Shown in pieces: positions 39,201 to 51,400 of a stretch of DNA of 64,000 nucleotides (the stretch's first letter is position 1; each line of letters opens with the position of its first letter). The notes beneath the pieces are model-generated. The model was not told the DNA's origin, ran no database searches, and saw only the letters and a program-made list of their open reading frames with translations. The translations under genes and the position numbers were made by a program. Source of the stretch: Lama guanicoe (lineage: Eukaryota); the NCBI GenBank assembly GCA_013239625.1, contig MU054323.1:14059950-14123949 (forward strand), given 5' to 3'.

Positions 39201-40013
39201 TTCTTTAGTTTCTTCTTTGATTTCTGCAGTGACCCATTGGTTGTTTAGTAGCATATTGTGTAGCTTCTATGTGTTTGTGTTTTTTGCAGATTTTTCTTGT
39301 GGTTGATATCTAGTCTCATAACTTTGTGGTCAGAAAAGATGCTTGATATGATTTCAATTTTCTTAAATTTACCAGAGCTTGTTTTGGGCCTAGCATGTGA
39401 TATATCCTGGAGAATGTTCCATGTGCACTTGAAAAGAATAAGTATTCTGCTGCTTTTGAATGGAATGCTCTGTAAATATCAATTAACTCCATCTTGTATA
39501 ATGTAAATTTAAGGCCTGTGTTTCCTTATTGATTTTCTGTCTGGATGATTTGTCCCTTGATGTGAGTGTGGTGTTAAAGCCCCCTACTATTTTTGTGTTA
39601 CTGTCAATTTCTTTTTTTATGTTTGCTAATGGTTTTCTTATGTATTGAGGTGCTCCAATGTCAGGTGCATACGTATATAGTTACAATTGTTATATCTTCT
39701 TTTTGGATTGATCTCTTTGTCCTTATGTAGTATCCTTCTTTGTCTCTTGTAAAAGTTTTTATTTTAGTCTGTTTTGTCTGTTACAAGTATTGCTACTCCA
39801 GCTTTCTTTTGATTTCCATTTGCATGGAATATCTTTTTCTATCCCCCACTTATCATCTGTGTGTATCTCTAGATCTGAAGTGAGTCTCTTGTAGGCAGCA
39901 TATATATAGATCTTTTTTTATTTATCCATTCAGCCAGTCTGTGACTTTTGTTTGGGGTATTTAGTCTGTTTACACTTAATGGTAATTATTGATACATATA
40001 TTCTTATTCCCAT
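36226..40013 (-). pseudogene. L1 ORF2 (endonuclease/reverse transcriptase), many stops and frameshifts
   Basis: Start MGIRIYVSIIT at 40013; internal MENYKTLIKETEEDTNRWKNIMFSWTRRINIIK; C-terminal CDPAIPLLGIYP...MFIAALYTIAKTWKQPKCP. Confidence 0.92.
38113..38152 (+). pseudogene. RNA5S: 5S rRNA 5' fragment (nt 1-40), tailless retrocopy
   Basis: ttctactgccataccaccctgaacgcgtctgatctcgtct vs 5S GTCTACGGCCATACCACCCTGAACGCGCCCGATCTCGTCT = 36/40; flanked by a 19-bp duplication of L1 sequence. Confidence 0.92.
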
Positions 40014-40201
40014 TTTGTTAAAATTGTTTCTGATTTGGTTTTGTATGTCTTTTTTCCCCTTTCTTCCTTTCTTCTCTTGTAATTTGATGACTCTCTTTAG
40101 CATTATGTTTGGATTCTTTTTTGTTTTTTGTCTGTATATCTATTATAGATTTTAAGTTTGTGATTACCCTGAGGTTTTAGACTGCTACACGTATATCATT
40201 C

Positions 40202-40241
40202 ATATATATATACATACACACACACACACACATATATATAT
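40202..40241. repeat. (TA)n(CA)n(TA)n microsatellite in the L1 inter-ORF spacer
   Basis: atatatatatacatacacacacacacacacatatatatat. Confidence 0.9.
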
Positions 40242-40534
40242 GATTGTTTTAAGTTACTAATCTCTTAATTTCAGATACCTTTTAAATACTCTGTGTTTGT
40301 ACTCTCCTTCCCTCATGATTACTGTTTTTGATATCATATTTTACATCTAATTGTTTTGTGTATCCCATAACTGCTTATTGTAGATACAGGTGATTTTTAC
40401 TACTTTTGTCTTTTAACCTTCCTACTAGCTTTTTACATGGTGGATTTACTAACTTTACTGTATATTTGCCTTTACCAATGTGATTTTTCCTTCTGTAATA
40501 CTCATGTTTTTAGTTTTGACCTTTTCTTTTTCAC

Positions 40535-41428
40535 TTAGAGAAGTCCCTTTAACATTTCTCGGAAGCTGACTTGGTGGTAGTGAATTCTTTTAGCTTTTGC
40601 TTGTCTGTTAAACTTTTGCTCTCTCCAGCAAATCTGAATGAAAGCCTTATTGGATACAGTGTTCTTGGTCGTGTGCTTTTCCCTCTCATCACTTTAAGGA
40701 TATCATGCCACTCCCTTCTTGCCTACAGAATTTTTGCTGAAAAGTCAGCTGATAGATTTATGGGAGTTCCTTTGCCCGTAAGTTACTACTTTTCCCTTGC
40801 TACTTTCAAAATTATTCTCTCTTCGTCTTTAACTTTTGTAATGTTAATTACAGCGTGTCTTGCTGTTGTCCTCTTTGGGTTGATCCTGTTTGGGACTCTC
40901 TGTTCTTGGATGTCTGGACTTGGATGTCTGTTTCCTTTCTGAGATAAGGGAAATTTTCAGCTATGATGTCTTCCAGTGTGTTCTCTGCCCCTTTCTCTCT
41001 CCCTTCTCCTCCTTGGATCCCTATAATGAGAACATTAGTATGTTTGATATTGTCTTAGAGATTTCTTAAACTCTCCTCATTTCTTTTTTCTTTTTTCTTT
41101 TTTTTCTGTTTAGCTTCAAAGATTTCCACTACCTCTGTATTCTAGCTCGATGATCTGTTCCTTTGTATCATTTAGTCTACTGTTGATTCCTTCTAATGTA
41201 TTTTTAAATTTTCGTTCTGTTGGGTTCTTCTTTAAATTTCCAACTCTTTGTTAAAAACTTCTAACTTCTTGCTCTGTGCATCCATTCATCCATTCTGACT
41301 TCTTTGATAATCTTTATGATTATTACCCTGAACTCTTTCTGGGGTAGAATGCCGATCTCCACTTCTCTTAGTTCTTCTGGGGTTTTATCTTGTTCCTTTA
41401 TTTGGAACATGGTCTTCTGTTGCCTCAT
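40535..41428 (-). pseudogene. L1 ORF1, disrupted
   Basis: Start MRQQKTMFQIKEQDKTPEELREVEIGILPQKEFRVIIIKIIKE; end QKLKEFTTTKSA-(frameshift)-EMLKGLL*. Confidence 0.9.
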
Positions 41429-43003
41429 TTTTTTTCTAATTTGCTGTTTTTATTTCAGTGTATCTGGTAGGTTGGTATGTTTTCTGACCTTGAGGAAGTG
41501 GCCTTTTGCTGGAGATACCCTGTGTATCCCAGTACCTCACACCCTTCTAGCCACAAGAGCTATAAGCTCTATGGATGCCTCCTATGTATGCTGTGTGAGT
41601 CCTTCTGTTATGGCAGGCTGGCTACTGTGTGTGGTCTGATATATGTGCCTGGCCCATGGCCAGTTGATTTCCAGGCCTTGCCTTGTGTGGAAGCTGCCAG
41701 CCACTGGTTCATGGGTCCAGGTTATAAGGCAGCTGGCTGTAGTACCCTGTAGGCCCTGCTGGCTCACTGGTGGGTGGAGTTAGGTTCCAGGAGGTATCAG
41801 GGGTTGTCCTAGCCCACCAGTGGGTGATATACTGTGGCTGATACAGCCCTTGGTGGTCAGAGCTATACCCTGAGGTCTGGCTGCAGGGCCCAGGGTTCCC
41901 AGAGTTGGTACTGGACTACTGGTAGATGGAAGACATTGCTGACACAGCTGGCTGCAGGGTCCAGGGTGTCCCATGGATGGTGCTGGTCTATTGGTTTCGG
42001 GAGCCGGGTCCCGCCATCGCAGGCTGTGGGGCTGTGGTTGTCCTGGGGTTGGTGTCCTCCCACTGGTGTATGAGGCTGGTCCTAAGGCTAGAGAAGGCTA
42101 GCTGGTATGTAGGGCTAGTATGCAGGTGATTCTGGATCTGGTCTTTGCCCACTGATAAGTGAAGCTGGTTCCCTCTTGCTGGAGGGCTCCAAGGATCTTG
42201 GTTCTAGTGCCTGCACACTGATGTGTGTGGTTGGGTCCTCTGATCTCTGGTGTGTAGAGCCATGTACAGAAGCCATTGTGGGCTCAGGAGGTCTTAAGGC
42301 AGCCTGTCTGTTGGTGGGTGGGGCTGTGTCCCTGTCCAGTTTGTTGCTTGGCCTGAAGGGTCCCTGTACTGGTGCCTATAGGCTGGTGGGTGGGAGTGGT
42401 GCTGGGTTCTGGGATGAATAAACTAGAGGCAGGGGTTCCAAAGTGGCATTTACCAGCATCAGTGTCCATGTGGTAGAACAAGCTCCTAAAAATGTTTGCT
42501 GCCAGTGTCTATGTCCCCAGGGTGAGCTCCAGTTTCTTCCTGCCTCTCCAGGAGACACTCTAAATGCAGCAGATAGATCTGCTTCTTTCAAATTGCTGCT
42601 TCTACCCTGGGCCCCAGGGAGTGTGAGATTTTGTGTATCCCGTTTAAGAGTGGAATCTCTGATTCTCACAGCCCTTTGAGTCTTTCCAATTAGACCTGCT
42701 GCCCTTTAAAGCCAAATGTCGTAGGGACTCATCTTCTCAGTGCAGGACACCTAGGCTGATGAGAAGCTCTGCAGTTGTAATTATTCTTCCATTTGTGGGC
42801 ACCACCCAGGGTGTGACTCCACCCATCCTGCTCATCTTGTTGTGGTTCCTTCATTATATCTTTAGTTGTAGAAGATCTTTTCTGATAGGTTCTGGCCTTT
42901 TTCATCAATAATTTTTCTGTAAGTAGTTGTAATTTTGATGTGCCCGTGGGAGGAAGTGAACTCAGGGTTTTTCTACTCCTCTATCTTGGGAACTCTCTCC
43001 TCT

Positions 43004-43210
43004 CTATCTTTTGAAACCACTTAAATTGCCATATCTTCCATGAAGCTTCTCTAATTTCATAAGCTTAACGAAGTCTGTTTTTTCTTTCTTACTGACTCCT
43101 TGGCATTTAAGTACTCAGCATGCTCCACACTATGTTAAATTTACTTATAAAAATGATTAATTTCTTCTACTGGACCATAAACATTTTGAAGAAAGAGTCC
43201 ATGTTTGATT
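43004..43210 (+). mobile_element. L2 fragment split by the full-length L1 (other part ~35880-35927)
   Basis: tctaaatcctgcc | tatcttttgaaaccacttaaattgccatatcttccatgaagcttctctaa rejoins into an L2 motif. Confidence 0.6.
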
Positions 43211-43290
43211 GACCTTGGAAACTTTAATTGAAGTTAGCAGTCTTTGTCTTTTTTATGTTAAGAGGTATGATTCAGAAATAAATTATTACT

Positions 43291-43470
43291 TTCATTCATT
43301 CATTCTTTTCCTCATTTATTTATCTAACATTGAGCACTTACTTTGTCCCAGGATCTCTTCTAGATATTTGTGTCATTAAAGAGCTTTAACTTTGATGAGG
43401 AAATGTGTTCTACAAACAAATTAAATATGTAAAGTATACAGTATGTTAGAAGTGATAAGTGCTATGGACA
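43291..43470 (-). mobile_element. L2a 3' end
   Basis: ttcattcattcattc...attgagcacttactttgtcccagg...gtatgttagaagtgataagtgctatgga. Confidence 0.8.
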
Positions 43471-43973
43471 AAAGTGATTGGATTTTTAATGTTCAGTAAT
43501 AGCGTAATCCTCCTGCATTGCCTGAGTAGTCATCCATCCTCAAGCATGGCTTCTGATTGTGCAGCTACCATTACTTGTTAATTAACATTTAGTAAAGAAC
43601 AATATATGCAAGAGTAACTTTCTTTCAATTTCCTGCCACCAGGGTCACTGCTTCTAAAACAAATCATAGATGGCTGAGCACTTTGGGCTGCAGAGTATTG
43701 ACTGCTTCAATCTTATTTTACCTTTGTGACTGAGTACACTGATTTTCTCAGTTTCCATTTAATGCAATTTGATCTTTTAAAAGGTCCATGATTGGGTTTT
43801 TAGTGTCTTTCCTGATGTCAGCAGTTCACCAAGAATTTTCTAATTATATTATACTCCTCTGAAATTGCACATTTACTTCATACTCCTACTCTGTAGAGGG
43901 ATACACTCTAAACTTTACTTGTCTACTATAGTGACAATATCTAATTAGAAGGAAAACTAAAAAAAAATTCCAG

Positions 43974-44124
43974 TTTTGCTTGTATATTTAAAAATTCATG
44001 TTTTACTCTTTATCATTCTCTTATGAAATCTTCTTGTATATTTAAAAAATATACTTTTGCTTGTATATTTAAAAATACCATATTTTACTCTCTACTATTC
44101 TCTTCTCAAATCCTCCTTGTGCAT
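43974..44124. repeat. Tandem duplication, period 81 bp
   Basis: ttttgcttgtatatttaaaaat...tattttactct...attctctt...aaatc at 43974 and 44055. Confidence 0.85.
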
Positions 44125-44423
44125 TAGCCTGCAAGAAACACAAGTTAAAATTCCGTTGCTGCATATTTTCCCTCTCTAACTGCATTTGCGTATAAATGAT
44201 TTCATTGACTTTAAATTTCTGAAATTACATATAGGTAATTACTAGTGGTGAAAAATTATTAAAATTAAAGCCAACTGATTTCTATTCAGATATGTTAGAC
44301 TGAATGGCATGAGGAGATTTGGATTTAATTTGAGAGATATAAAACTAGTTTAATTTTATATTACATTCAGAAAAATTACCTTAAATGTCTTGTGCTTTTT
44401 AGTTTCATGGGACTCTAACTATG

Positions 44424-44501
44424 AACTTCTGTCAATTAGATTTAAAATATTTAAAATTATCTAACATCTATCAATTAGAATTAAAGAATTTTAATTAATC
44501 T
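44424..44501. repeat. Diverged 39-bp tandem duplication
   Basis: aacttctgtcaattagatttaaaatatttaaaattatct / aacatctatcaattagaattaaagaattttaattaatct. Confidence 0.75.
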
Positions 44502-44904
44502 CATTTTAATTTTAATAAATATTTACCAGAATATTGACTATTAAAAAAAGAGCTTCAGATGAAAAAAATACTATTTTTCCAGATAAAATAGAAATAAGAA
44601 CCCCAATATCAATAAACTAACAAGAATCCAAAAGAACACTATAACATAGAAAATTGAAGTGTGTTCTCTGTAATTATTTATAACTTTTGGATCATTCATA
44701 AGTTTCCTCATAAAGTGAATTTCCCTGATTCATTGTTTTTGTTTACTTAAGAAATGCTGGTAAAGAGGTTTTTAGAGGCATATGAAAGTTTTTCTCAAAA
44801 GCTTTATCACATTTTTTTCTGAATTAAGAAATAAGAATAATACAGTGTTGTAGATGGTAGTTACTGGATGGATTTCCTTCATCCTTGGCACTCTACATGC
44901 AGGT

Positions 44905-45036
44905 TCCCATTTAACAGACAAGAAAGTTGAGACTCAGGAATGATGAATGATTTCCTTCAGTTCATTTAGCTACTAAGTAGAAGAGCAGAACTTCAACTCC
45001 ATGTCTGCCTTTCCCTAAGACTTATCTCTTTACTTT
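44905..45036 (-). mobile_element. MIR fragment
   Basis: cccatttaacagacaagaaagttgagactcagg...agctactaagtagaagagcagaacttcaactcc. Confidence 0.8.
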
Positions 45037-45929
45037 GCTCCCTATTTCATTGTCATAGAGAGGTCACCTTTGCAAGTCTTTTGATATTTCTATCTTTACC
45101 TTTTAATGTTGTATGAAAAATAAATTGTGTAGTGATAACAGAGTTTCAACTACAATAGTTTGAATAAAAAATAATAGCAATACGCCTCAGATACTATGTA
45201 CATATATTCATGTACTCCTGGAAAGTCAATAATATAGACGTGATTCTAAAACTCCAAAAAGGGAAGCTGAAAACAAAGAACTTTGAGAGCACAGACACAT
45301 AATTATAAAGTCTGCCCTGGTAAATTGGGAAGGCTTTGCCAGCTGATCTGTAGGAAGTGGGACTTTATTTGACAGAAAATAGGCACCAGTAACTGGTAGC
45401 TTCCTTTCTTTTTATCTATGAATCTCATTCCCTAGTTTATCAGTGACCTAAAGGAGATTGGAATATGTGATTATAAAACTTGAATGTGTACATTCCTAGG
45501 AAGAATATCTAGGTATATTTTATAAGAAAAACTGATCTTGGAAGAATTATCCTGAAAATATGTTCAAAATATGTTCTGATCATTTGTCTTTATTGGGGTT
45601 CTTTTATTTACATGGTATTTTTCCTTTTAACCAACTTTAAATTGATCTTTTTCTAAACCTTCTCTAAGCAATCATTGACCATAAAATAGTGGGTTTGATG
45701 TGCTAGTTTTTACTAACAGGTAGAGAAGCAAACATATTTAACATCGGTTGTTTAAATCATATATATGCCATGTAAAGTAGTTTTGTATGCTGAGATAGAT
45801 ACAGATATATGCATATATCACACTATGAGATATACTGTCTTTGTTTTAATTCCTGACATAACTGGCCTAATCAGCTCTTCCCATCTTTATTAATATAGGT
45901 CACCAAAGAGATGTATCTCTGAATAGTCA

Positions 45930-46060
45930 ATAAAATGACTGATCTTGAAACGATAGGTGTGGAACCACCCTCGGTCCAATCAGCTGTGATTAGAGACTGG
46001 GATCGCATGATCCAGAGTCAGCTCAGCAGAGACCATGGATAAGGTAGGCAATGACAATGA
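45930..46060 (-). mobile_element. Old MaLR LTR fragment (MLT1M/N/O-like)
   Basis: ccctcggtccaatcagctgtgattagagactgggatcgcatg. Confidence 0.45.
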
Positions 46061-46951
46061 AATTTAACAGATATAAATATTTACATTTAAATAAAAATTT
46101 CTCAAATGAAAATGAAGACTTGCCTTGGTAACAGTTCAAATGAAAAACTGGTTTTGTTCATCATAAGATTACTCTGGGCTAAAAATATAACATAGAATAT
46201 GCAGAAGGACACTAATCAACTAGTATGTGATCACTAGAGGAAGACTCTATAATATATAGAATATGTGAAATGACTTTATGAACAATAAGAGAGTTGCCTT
46301 TCTTTGTTGTCTTATGGAAGACAGAAAACACCAGTGCTGTATTACTACCATGGGCAGGTATAGAGAGGGTGGGTTTCGGAGGAATTTGGGGAAAAATTTT
46401 AAAACAGTTAGAAATGTCCTAAAGTAAAGAGCTCTAGTGGTGGTCAAGAAGAGGTCAAATACCTCTCTTCCAAAGAGGCAGGAGGAATTTTTGAATCAAG
46501 AGAGAAATTGAACTTGAGCTCGATGATTCTCCAACTCTAAGAGTCTAAGAAATCAGTTACAATTTTACACTTAAATTCACATACCAATGTAGATCATGCT
46601 AGGTGTTTATAAGGACAGATCTCTGAAATTTTCATAATACTGAGTTAAAAGTGCTTAATGATTTCTACATATACCCCCTGTTTTCAATGATAAGTCTTTC
46701 TGAAAGTCTCATTTTGGAAAGATGCTCTCAACATTTAATTTCTGTTCTACAGAGATTTTTATTCTCATAAGTAAGCAACCTGAGTTCCAAGCAATTCATC
46801 AAACTTAGTAAGGACTTTCTTGGGATGGTAGATTTAACCAAGCTGTTAACCTTTGAAAAATGTGAATCTGAACAGAAGGAAAATGTCCAGTCTGCAGACT
46901 GCTTTATTAATATTTGGCTACAATGCTGCTTGATAGAGGCAAAAGTGTACA

Positions 46952-47495
46952 TGTTACCGAACTCAGGTTTAGCTGCTTGCTGCTCAAAAGCCAATGGTCA
47001 AGAGGCAAATGTTGGTAGAAAGGAGAGTGGCTTTAATCAGAAAGCCAGCAGTCTGAGGAGAAGGTGGGCTTATGTCCGGAGACCAACTCTGAAGATTCTG
47101 CTCAGCCATGAGAGTTTTCAAAGGGGAAAAAAGGGGGAAGACTCTCAGTGAATCATAAAGGCAGGAGGCTGGATTCTGCATCATTCCTCATTGTGTGCAG
47201 AATGGCTGACTCCTCCTTCAGATGTTATCTTGCCCAGGTGATCCGCCTGCGGGGTTGCTTTGAGGGTGTTAGGAGTGGAGAGCTTGTCATTCTTAACTGC
47301 CTCATTATTCATTCTTCTTTTAATCTAGGAAGAGAATCAACAGGTTAGACAAAGCATTGTGTGCATTCAGGAGAGCTTAAAAGTCAGGAGTTTAGGTTAC
47401 ATTGTCTAGGGATCTGATTCATATAATTGGGTTCTTTTAAGGTTAGAGGGGAACAGAAATGGGCAAACGGGAAAGGGGCAAAAGAGCTGCTCTCA
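46952..47495 (-). mobile_element. Solo LTR, ERV1 class
   Basis: TG...CA ends (tgttaccgaactcagg / gctgctctca), 4-bp TSD taca/tact, minus-strand attaaa near 47035, retains some CpG. Confidence 0.85.
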
Positions 47496-47822
47496 TACTC
47501 TTTTAAAATAGACTTTGAAATACCATGTGGATATTCTTTATACTCAGTGCGATGTAATACTTTAACATTTCACTTCCAGCTGTGTAGTAGTGTTTGTAAA
47601 ATAAAAAATAAAGTGTTTAAGTTAATGAGTGAGCATGTGGTAAAGAGTGTCTAATCAGTAATCTGCCCACAGCATTACTGGGTCATAGTAGCAGAAAAGG
47701 ACCTTTTTACATTACTGAAGTATATTTTAAAGTATAATTTTATTTAAAGCAAATTGAAAGCCAGTTGTTCTATAGTGACTAAAACAATAAGATGAAATCT
47801 ATGCAGGAACAATTGTTACTGT

Positions 47823-47962
47823 TACTGGGGAAGAAAAAAATTTCCTCTACCCTTCTGAGGAAGGTTTCTTTCTGAGTCTCTTGGGCCTTGATTATTTTCA
47901 GCTCAAAATAATCCACGTGTCAAAGAGTTATTTTGAGGTGGAAAATTTTGTTCCCCTATACA
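47823..47962 (-). mobile_element. Internally deleted MER34-like LTR (both termini, ~140 bp)
   Basis: Left part ggggaagaaaaaaatttcctctacccttct = reverse of the 7827-LTR 3' end; right part ttttgaggtggaaaattttgttcccctata = reverse of its 5' end. Confidence 0.8.
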
Positions 47963-48394
47963 CTGCTCATGATAAAGTTTTGAATCCCAAAAAATTTTTT
48001 GCCCCATCATGAGTCCAAGATAAAGGAGAACATACTTTTTTCTCCATGTAAATGTAGTTTTACCAGATGTAAAAGATAACAGTAAAATGTCTACCACTGT
48101 GTCTTTAGGGTTAGCCACTCAAAATTACTAAATAAGCGATACCTCGTTTTTCCCAGTGTTGTCATGTTTGTGTGAATAAGATTGTAATTAAAAGTTTGCT
48201 TGAGTACTGTAGAAACAGAATGGGAAAAATAACCAGTAAGTGGCCTTACATTCTCAATTCATATCCTAACTAGTTCACTGAATGTGATGTCCTTTATAAG
48301 TGGGGAATAGTTTTTGGTTAAATCAGGATAATGTGAACCAGCACGACCATGGGACAGTGGAGCCCTCCAAACACCAAGCTAACCCGAGATCCTC

Positions 48395-48472
48395 TTTTAT
48401 GTATACACTTTGTTGATGATAAGAGAGTAGAATTTTATGTATACATCTTGTGGGTGATAAGAGTAGAATTTT
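48395..48472. repeat. ~37-bp tandem duplication
   Basis: ttttatgtatacactttgttgatgataagagagtagaa / ttttatgtatacatcttgtgggtgataagagtagaa / tttt. Confidence 0.85.
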
Positions 48473-51400
48473 CTCTAGTTGGGCAAGAGCATTTTCAGTG
48501 CAACTATCTTGGGTGTATCACTGGCACCACTAACATTGCTTCTTGAATCTTCCTTCTGGATCTGAAGCTTGATGATTCTTTTCCTAAGGAGTTAAGTTTT
48601 GCTTAACCTAGGAGCCTTTCTGTGACCACACCCTTTCTAGCTATGTCTGGTCTTGTATAATGGCCAAGTCCATTCTGAGTTGCTTCTCTCTCCCACACCT
48701 GCCCTTGCTGGACTGAAACTGCCACTCAATTATTTCTGTTTTCCCTGAACTCTGCCAAACTTACCTTAGATAGATTTAGTCACTGAGAACCTTGTGGCAT
48801 CTCTAATGTTCATCTTCTCGTATGGTACCAAACTTGGAGAACTTTGCCCAACATGCAGCAGATTGATATGAGCAAGAAGGCTAGCTGAACAAGACAGGGA
48901 TTTTTCTTTTTTTTTTTTCTTTACTACACTGACTTTTAAGAACCAGTGGCTATTGACAACTTTTAACTGAAGATAGAATACAAATATACTACATATAGGT
49001 GGCTAGAGTCATAGATAACCATATAGCCATGAATTATAAATACTCATACCAGGCTGAGTAGCAGAACTGCCAAGTGGAATGATGGAAACAATTATGAGGA
49101 CGGTAACACTGGGCAAGATAATGTCGGTGGCAGCTATTGGGGCCAGACAAGGGGAAGAATTGAGTAAGTTAAATTTCAAAAGATTAAGGTATCAAAATGG
49201 GAGTAAGCAGTAAACTGTCAGTTAAGTAGGTAATGGAAAGATCAAGACAAGAAGTAACCTCCCAAAAGAAATACCAGATGTGGAAACAGTAAGATCTAAA
49301 TATTTTAAAGTCATTTGAGATTCCTGAATAATTTTGGAATATCAGTTTCCCAGAAAAAATTATGACTCACTTTTTTAAAATAATCACATGGTCAGTGCTG
49401 CACTTAGGTGAATTCTATCTGATTAAATAGTGTTAATAATAATAAGTAATATTAATCAATTATTAAATTGATGTTATTCTTAAAATCTGTAAGTTAAACA
49501 TTCTTCAGTTCTCATATATTATGTATTTCAGTGTCCCTATGCCAGTCAACTTTCAGCAACCCCAAACTCAATATCCGTATGTGTGAAAATCAGCCCGCAC
49601 TAGCGGAACTTATTTGTTCTGATCAAATTAGTTCCATACACCTTTGTTGATGGCTATTTGGAATATTGTTGTGAATACTCTTTATCAGCATACCCTGTTT
49701 TAAGCTCTTTGAATGTATAATTAAACTTTAATTTCTAACATGTCATTTTCATTTTCCTTTTGGATAAGGCTATATTTTGTCAAATATCAGTGATATTTTA
49801 TCAAGACAACTGGTAGAAGTATTTTTCCATGCCATTTTTCTAGTTATAGAAATCAAATGTAGACTTGGCATCTGCCTACAAAGCTCTACTAAAGAATATT
49901 TAGTAAAAATTCTACTTTTAGTGTTTAGAAGAAATTCCATTTTTGACACCAGAACTTAGAGTATGTTGTCAATTTTTTAATGAAGATTTCTGGAACCAAT
50001 CAATGACTTTCCCCTGTAACACATTCTCTTCAGGTAACTGCTAAGATTAATAGGTTATATTTAGACAGTTAAAGTGCCAACAGACTTACTTCTATTATGC
50101 TGATTTTTTGTGTGTGTGTGCCGGAAACTATCCAGATGATAAAAATTGAGGATGCCTCAAATTAACCAAAAGTTTGTTACATTCACTTCATTATTAATTT
50201 AAAAGACACATAACTTAATAGACTTACCTTTGTGCCCCTTACTTCTTCATATTCCTGCTGCCAAGTTTTGATTGTTCTTTTCTAGCCATTTGACAGTCCA
50301 TTAGCACGGTCACTAATAAGGTGGGCAGGGAAGAAAGAGGAGGTGTAAATCCAATCAGTCAGTTTTGCAGTGATGGTGACTGCTTTGGTAGAGGAAGAGT
50401 TTTGCACAAATGGTAAAAATGAAAGTTTCAGAGCTTGACCCTAACTGTCCGTAAAGCTCTAATCCCTAGTAGTCTCCGTGACTTGGCAAGTTGCATAGCA
50501 GTTTAAAGTAGGCATATATCAACTCAGCAGTATCACTGATGATTGCTAACAGGACATGCCTTAGCGTTATCTGAGTAATATGTTGTAGACCACTACCATC
50601 ATGAAATACTCATACTTTTTCTTTTAAAAATTCTAACAGTTTTGCTACTTGCTGTTGTGTTATTTTGCCTTTTAGTAAAATTAGCTCATTTTGTGATTTC
50701 TAAGAATCCACCTCATTGTTAGAAGGTTGTGGTCACTTGGATGCTTTATTGATTGTGATAAATGGCAGAATAAATAGTGATATTCTGAGAGTCAAGCCCC
50801 ACAAAAATAAATACATGCAAAATAATATCCATCGACATACTTCGGGCAAAATATCCCTTTTCCCTTTGCAGATGTGCCATACCTCTTTTACATAAAGAAG
50901 CTTTTATGAGATTCAATTCCAATTTTAAATTGTTTAGTTTTTAAAATAACAGTTCTTAAAGATACGGCAAATTAAAATTCTTTAATTCTGAAGAATTACT
51001 GACATAAATCTTTATATAATTCATATATAACATAACTATAGGATAGAAGAGGAAAATATTTTATTTTCATTTCAAAATATTAAATAAACTTTATACTTTT
51101 AAAATATCTGCTTGCTCAGTAAACTTCTACTGTAGATTTTATTAATGAGGCTAATTATTTTTTAAAAGTAGCCCACAGCAAGCTATAACTCAAATCTAAG
51201 TTGTTTCTGGGCCTTTTTATTTATGTGCAATGATAAATGATACCTAATTTTTTGATGCACAAGGGTCTCTAGCACTGTTTATACCACTTGTTGAAACTGC
51301 TAGTTGAGCATGAGATAAGTTCCAAAGTTTTATTTTTTCTAACTCTATTTTAGCTTGACCATTGTCTCATCTTTCATCTATTAAGAGAGAGTTTCTTATT

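Larger units (their letters stand above)
35928..43000 (-). mobile_element. Full-length inactivated LINE-1 (~7.07 kb)
   Basis: PolyT at 35928; 3'UTR; ORF2 and ORF1 remnants; ~520-bp inter-ORF spacer; GC-rich 5'UTR; 5' terminus caagatagaggagtagaaaaaccctgagttcacttcctcccac (decayed CAAGATGGCG YY1 box). Confidence 0.95.

Noticed and set aside
40571..42679. Cluster of 60-123 aa ORFs on both strands
   Set aside because: They are antisense shadows of L1 ORF1 and chance frames in the GC-rich L1 5'UTR, not host genes.
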